Part shown: positions 60,707 to 64,000 of the stretch, piece after piece | How the letters are laid out: each line of letters opens with the position of its first letter | How positions within the stretch are numbered: the stretch's first letter is position 1 | Source of the DNA: a bacterium Ga0077546 | GTDB lineage: Bacteria; Cyanobacteriota; Vampirovibrionia; Obscuribacterales; Obscuribacteraceae | NCBI GenBank assembly: GCA_943369735.1 | Contig: CALROJ020000003.1 | Coordinates: 4,701 to 68,700 of the forward strand | Length of the DNA: 64,000 nucleotides | Reading direction: 5' to 3' | Notes under the pieces: generated by a model | What the model was told of the DNA's origin: nothing | The model's input: the letters and a program-made list of their open reading frames with translations, nothing else | The model's database searches: none | Translations under genes and position numbers: made by a program

Positions 60707-62014
60707 CTAAACTGCTAGTCCAGCGACTTGACCTGCTGCCGGTCCAACAACTTGACCAACCGGAGTTGCTCCCATGCTTCCAGTCGGTGAGCCAACAGGT
60801 GATACAACGGTTCCGAGAGCAATTTCGCTAGCCATAATTTCGGTAATGGTTTTGCCAACTGTCTCTACTTGCTCGTCGGTCAATTCTGGATACATCGGCA
60901 GTGAGAGCACTTCTCTAGAGAGTTGTTCTGAAATTGGGAAGTCACCCATTTTGTAGCCGAGATTGGCGAAGGCTTTCTGCACGTGAAGAGGAACTGGGTA
61001 GTAGCACATCGAGCCAATACCGCGTTCGGTCAAGCGAGCAATGAGCTTGTCGCGATTAGGATTATCGAGGGCCGAAAGATCTAGTTTGGAAATCTTGTCT
61101 GATGCCAACACCCGAACAGTGTATTGGTGATAAACGTGATTGACACTATCTTTAGCACCATTGGCGACGCCACCAGCCAAGCTGACGCTTGGTCGAACTA
61201 GCCCTGGGCAGTTGGCCAAGCTGGCATCATAGATAGAGGCTAGATGAGCGCGTCTATCGTTCCACTGTTTGAGGTAAGGCAATTTGACAACGAGTGTTGC
61301 TGCTTGCAGTTCATCAAGGCGGCTGTTGACGCCCAGTTCATCATGGTAGTAGCGACGTCTCATGCCGTGAGCGCGAATCGCTCTGATGCGCTCAGCAACA
61401 ACAGGGTCTTTGCTGACGATCATGCCGGCATCACCGGCGGCGCCTAGGTTTTTGGTTGGATAGAAGCTTGTGCAAGCAACGTCACCGAATGATCCAGTTG
61501 GTTTGCCTTTGTAAGTAGCGCCAATACCTTGGGCATTGTCTTCGATTACTTTCAAGCCGTAGCGCTCAGCGATGGCGCAGATTGGCTCCATGTGCGATGG
61601 CAAGCCGTAGAGGTGCACCGGCATGATTGCTTTGGTCTTGGGGGTGATGGCCTGTTCAATCAACGCTGGGTTGATGTTATAGCTGGTTGGGTCGATGTCG
61701 ACGAAAACAGGAGTGGCGCCGCGCATAACAATCGCTTCGACTGTAGCGGCGAAAGTGAAGGGGGTGGTGATGACTTCATCGCCGGGTCCGATATCGAGGC
61801 CCCAGAGAGCTAGCATCAATGCGTCAGTGCCGTTTGCTACGCCGATGCCATCATTAACGCCGCATAATTCAGCCACTTGCTTTTCGAGGGTGCCGACGTA
61901 CTTACCGAGAATGTAATTACCGCTGCGGAGTACTTCAAGAACGGTGGACTCTAATTCTTCCTGGATGGTCTCGTACTGGGCTTTGAGGTTGAGAATCGGA
62001 ATACTTTGGGTCAT
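60707..62014 (-). CDS. DegT/DnrJ/EryC1/StrS (ArnB-like) sugar aminotransferase
   Basis: ILNLKAQY, GVANGTDAL and TSFYPTKNLGAAGDAG (PLP lysine). Carries a Gly/Val/Pro-rich C-terminal tail of about 35 aa. Confidence 0.9.
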   Translation of the reverse strand: MTQSIPILNLKAQYETIQEELESTVLEVLRSGNYILGKYVGTLEKQVAELCGVNDGIGVANGTDALMLALWGLDIGPGDEVITTPFTFAATVEAIVMRGATPVFVDIDPTSYNINPALIEQAITPKTKAIMPVHLYGLPSHMEPICAIAERYGLKVIEDNAQGIGATYKGKPTGSFGDVACTSFYPTKNLGAAGDAGMIVSKDPVVAERIRAIRAHGMRRRYYHDELGVNSRLDELQAATLVVKLPYLKQWNDRRAHLASIYDASLANCPGLVRPSVSLAGGVANGAKDSVNHVYHQYTVRVLASDKISKLDLSALDNPNRDKLIARLTERGIGSMCYYPVPLHVQKAFANLGYKMGDFPISEQLSREVLSLPMYPELTDEQVETVGKTITEIMASEIALGTVVSPVGSPTGSMGATPVGQVVGPAAGQVAGLAV

Positions 62015-62341
62015 TTAATAGGTTCCTTTGGCGAATCAGTCTTGGTTGGACAAATTCTTTTTCGGGAGCTTGATTGGTTCTTGCCGGAGAAATTTGTGAG
62101 CGTTTTATCCGACAGAGTGAGTCTAGCTGGTTGGCGGGATGATTCAAAGGTGTTGCAAATAAGCTTATCTAAAGGCTTGACTGAGTTGGGTTTAATCTGG
62201 GCTGCCTGAAAATCGCTGGCAGATGCTAGGGGGCAAGTTTGTAGCGTCCAGCGTAAATCGATCTGATAAGAGACTATGAAATTGCTCTTATCTATTAAAT
62301 AAAGTTAGGTTGGAAGAACCCGCGAATGCAGAGGGAAAGGC

Positions 62342-62374
62342 AAAAAAAAAGGGAAGGCGAACCTCCCCTCTTTT
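62342..62374 (-). terminator. rho-independent terminator of the 62431-62763 gene
   Basis: The minus strand reads AGAGGGGAGG-TTCG-CCTTCCCTTT followed by a T-run. That is a 10-bp stem (two G-U pairs), a UUCG tetraloop and about 9 U. Confidence 0.75.
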
Positions 62375-62430
62375 GATTTTTCGGACCTTCTATCGGCAGT
62401 AGCGCGAGCTATCTACTTAGATTCAGGTTC

Positions 62431-62763
62431 TTATCTCTTTTTGCTTGGCACAGCTACGGTTCTTGAAAGAGCGTTTGTGACGAACAAGTTGAGGCTGACG
62501 CCTTCTTTTTCGGCTCTATCAACAAGGGCTTGGTGCAATGACTTCGGCAAGCGCACTGTGAATTTGCCGGAGAAATTCAAGTATTGGTCTTCGCTAGCAC
62601 GCGAGGTGGTAGCTTTGGCCTTGGTGGTGTGCTTAGGGGCTGCAGTCTTGCGAACAAGTTTGCGGGTGCCGACGGCTTTTTTAGCTACATGTTTTGCAGC
62701 TGGTTTAGCGGATTTAGCAGCTTTAGGTTTTGCCTTGCCACCAGTTTTACGAACTCCTGCCAT
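62431..62763 (-). CDS. HicB-family/Arc-like ribbon-helix-helix DNA-binding protein with Lys/Ala-rich histone-H1-like N-terminal tail
   Basis: AAGGAG lies 6 nt upstream of the ATG. The C-terminus FSGKFTVRLPKSLHQALVDRAEKEGVSLNLFVTNALS matches the HicB-family RHH consensus as I recall it. The N-terminal 55 aa are KAKPKAAKSAKPAAKHVAKK-like. Confidence 0.65.
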   Translation of the reverse strand: MAGVRKTGGKAKPKAAKSAKPAAKHVAKKAVGTRKLVRKTAAPKHTTKAKATTSRASEDQYLNFSGKFTVRLPKSLHQALVDRAEKEGVSLNLFVTNALSRTVAVPSKKR

Positions 62764-63205
62764 GTTTCACTCCTTCGTGTTTTTTTTGGGTCAATCGGAA
62801 ACCAGCCCGCGGGCGAGCCGCGAGGGCTGCTCAGGGTGCTAATGCAGAAAAATGCTTTTAGGCACTCTCCTGTAGAGCGCTCCACCTAAATGGCATCGCT
62901 CTAATTTGTTCGGTGGGACTTAAGTGGTTTCCACCGTTTTATACGGTTACCACCACTCTAGGTGGCATAAGTATTGTACCAAACAAGTATCCGTTTATAA
63001 CCACTTTGTATATAGAAATTTTCTATCGTTGGGGCACAAGGGTTTCGGGGATCTGATACCAGATAAATGTGACACCAGGGGTGATTTTAGCTCTGCCAAT
63101 GGTGCCGCACCATTCATAATGGCTGGTATCAAAGTAGCATCGAACGCAGAATAGATAATCGGTTAAGCTTGTTGGAAGCCAGTAAGCCCCCGTAGGTGGT
63201 AAGCC

Positions 63206-64000
63206 TTGAGAGTTCTGATCGTAAAACTTAGCGCCATGGGTGATGTCGTTCATTGCCTGCCGCTGGCCGCACGAATCAAAGAAAGATTACCAAATGTTGA
63301 ACTTACCTGGTTGGTTGAGCCAGCTGCTCAAGATCTTTTGAACGGCAATCCGGCAGTAGACAGGGTACTGCTCTTCCCCCGGAAGGCTTGGCTGAAAGAG
63401 ATGCGCAAAGTGGCCCCCCTGATCTCCACCTTTGGTGCTGCCAAAAAGTACTTCCAAGAGTTAAAAGACTTCAAGTTTGACTTGGCAATAGATGCCCAGG
63501 GATTGCTCAAGAGTGCCATCCCTGCCTACTTATCGGGGGCACCATTGCGGGTTGGTTTTGCTGGCACCAGAGAGGGCGCTGCCAAATTGCTCACCCATAC
63601 TTTAGAGGTCGGAGACTATTTTGCTCCCGATAGGCATGTGGTCGAACTGAATATGGCCCTCGCCGATTTCGCTCTCGAAACTCTGGCTCAAGAGCGGTCC
63701 ACTTGCATCCGCCTTGCCGGTCGTGACCGGGTGGTGCACTTCCCCCTGCCGGATCCCGGAGATGCTTGTGTAGCTTTTGTTTCGAGCAAGCTTGATAACT
63801 TGGGCCGGGCACCAGAGGCGGGGCAGTCGCTAGGCCAGAGTGAGGCACCAGCGACGGAGCCGCACCAAGATCTGCCGTCAGCTCAGCTGCCCAAAGCCGA
63901 GGCACCAACGACGGAGCCGATTCGTTCGCTTCCGCTTACCGAGCCCGAGGCACCAGAGGCGGGACCACTAATTGCCCTGATTCCCGGCACCACCTGGCCT
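63206..64000 (+). pseudogene. GT9 heptosyltransferase-like glycosyltransferase, reading frame interrupted by a 1-nt insertion; 3' end outside the window
   Basis: AGGTGG is followed 6 nt later by TTG 63206, giving MRVLIVKLSAMG then TGA at 63242. The next frame continues GDVVHCLPLAARIKERLPNVELTWLVEP...FDLAIDAQGLLKSA...PLRVGF...LIPGTTWP, open to base 64000. The join falls in a GGGG run at 63238-63241. Confidence 0.7.

Noticed and set aside
62764-63253. A HicA toxin partner for the HicB-like gene, and the small ORFs at 62924-63154 (+), 63023-63253 (-) and 62685-62885 (-).
   Set aside because: None shows the HicA pattern (a short basic protein with a GSH-type motif). The ORFs overlap each other or real genes, have odd aromatic/Cys-rich composition, and lack ribosome-binding sites.

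Overview
This is a 64 kb chromosomal segment from a bacterium, probably diderm. It is densely coded on both strands and of intermediate GC by eye (not computed). I saw no transposase, integrase, CRISPR array or rRNA. All family calls come from motifs read in the supplied translations, because no database search was possible.

Clear housekeeping genes:
- Riboflavin genes ribE, ribBA and ribH
- Thiolase
- NAD-dependent DNA ligase LigA
- An ABC-2 exporter pair
- A class I/II aminotransferase
- tRNA-Phe(GAA)
- DedA
- Selenocysteine elongation factor SelB
- FAD oxidoreductase and a MaoC hot-dog dehydratase
- A DegT/ArnB-type aminotransferase

More unusual content:
1. The 3' part of a VirB4/TrbE-like T4SS ATPase at the left edge, plus two small membrane ORFs that run directly into the rib genes.
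2. A secreted Gly-rich protein with 6.4 tandem 90-nt repeats.
3. A co-directional RDD, Rossmann/SCP2 and nucleosidase gene set.
4. A paaK-ethD-crotonase-crotonase-paaG-like cluster. One of its crotonases carries a C-terminal 4-Cys zinc ribbon.
5. A 1179-aa CPBP (CAAX-type) intramembrane protease with a duplicated architecture.
6. A thioester alpha-2-macroglobulin (CTEQ) flanked by a membrane-anchored AMMECR1-like ORF and a VanW ORF. It lies divergent to a Tat-signal transpeptidase-only PBP and a SpoIID homologue.
7. Tandem paralogous TPR genes.
8. Two ribbon-helix-helix-like proteins with long charged tails. One sits behind three phased 19-nt repeats.
9. An expanded, apparently orphan selB.
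10. A glycan-modification group: DegT, a GT-C transferase and a GT9 heptosyltransferase-like gene. The GT9 reading frame is broken by one extra G in a G4 run.

I cannot show that any of these is a new system. The alpha-2-macroglobulin cluster, the giant CPBP protein and the crotonase cluster are the best candidates for follow-up.
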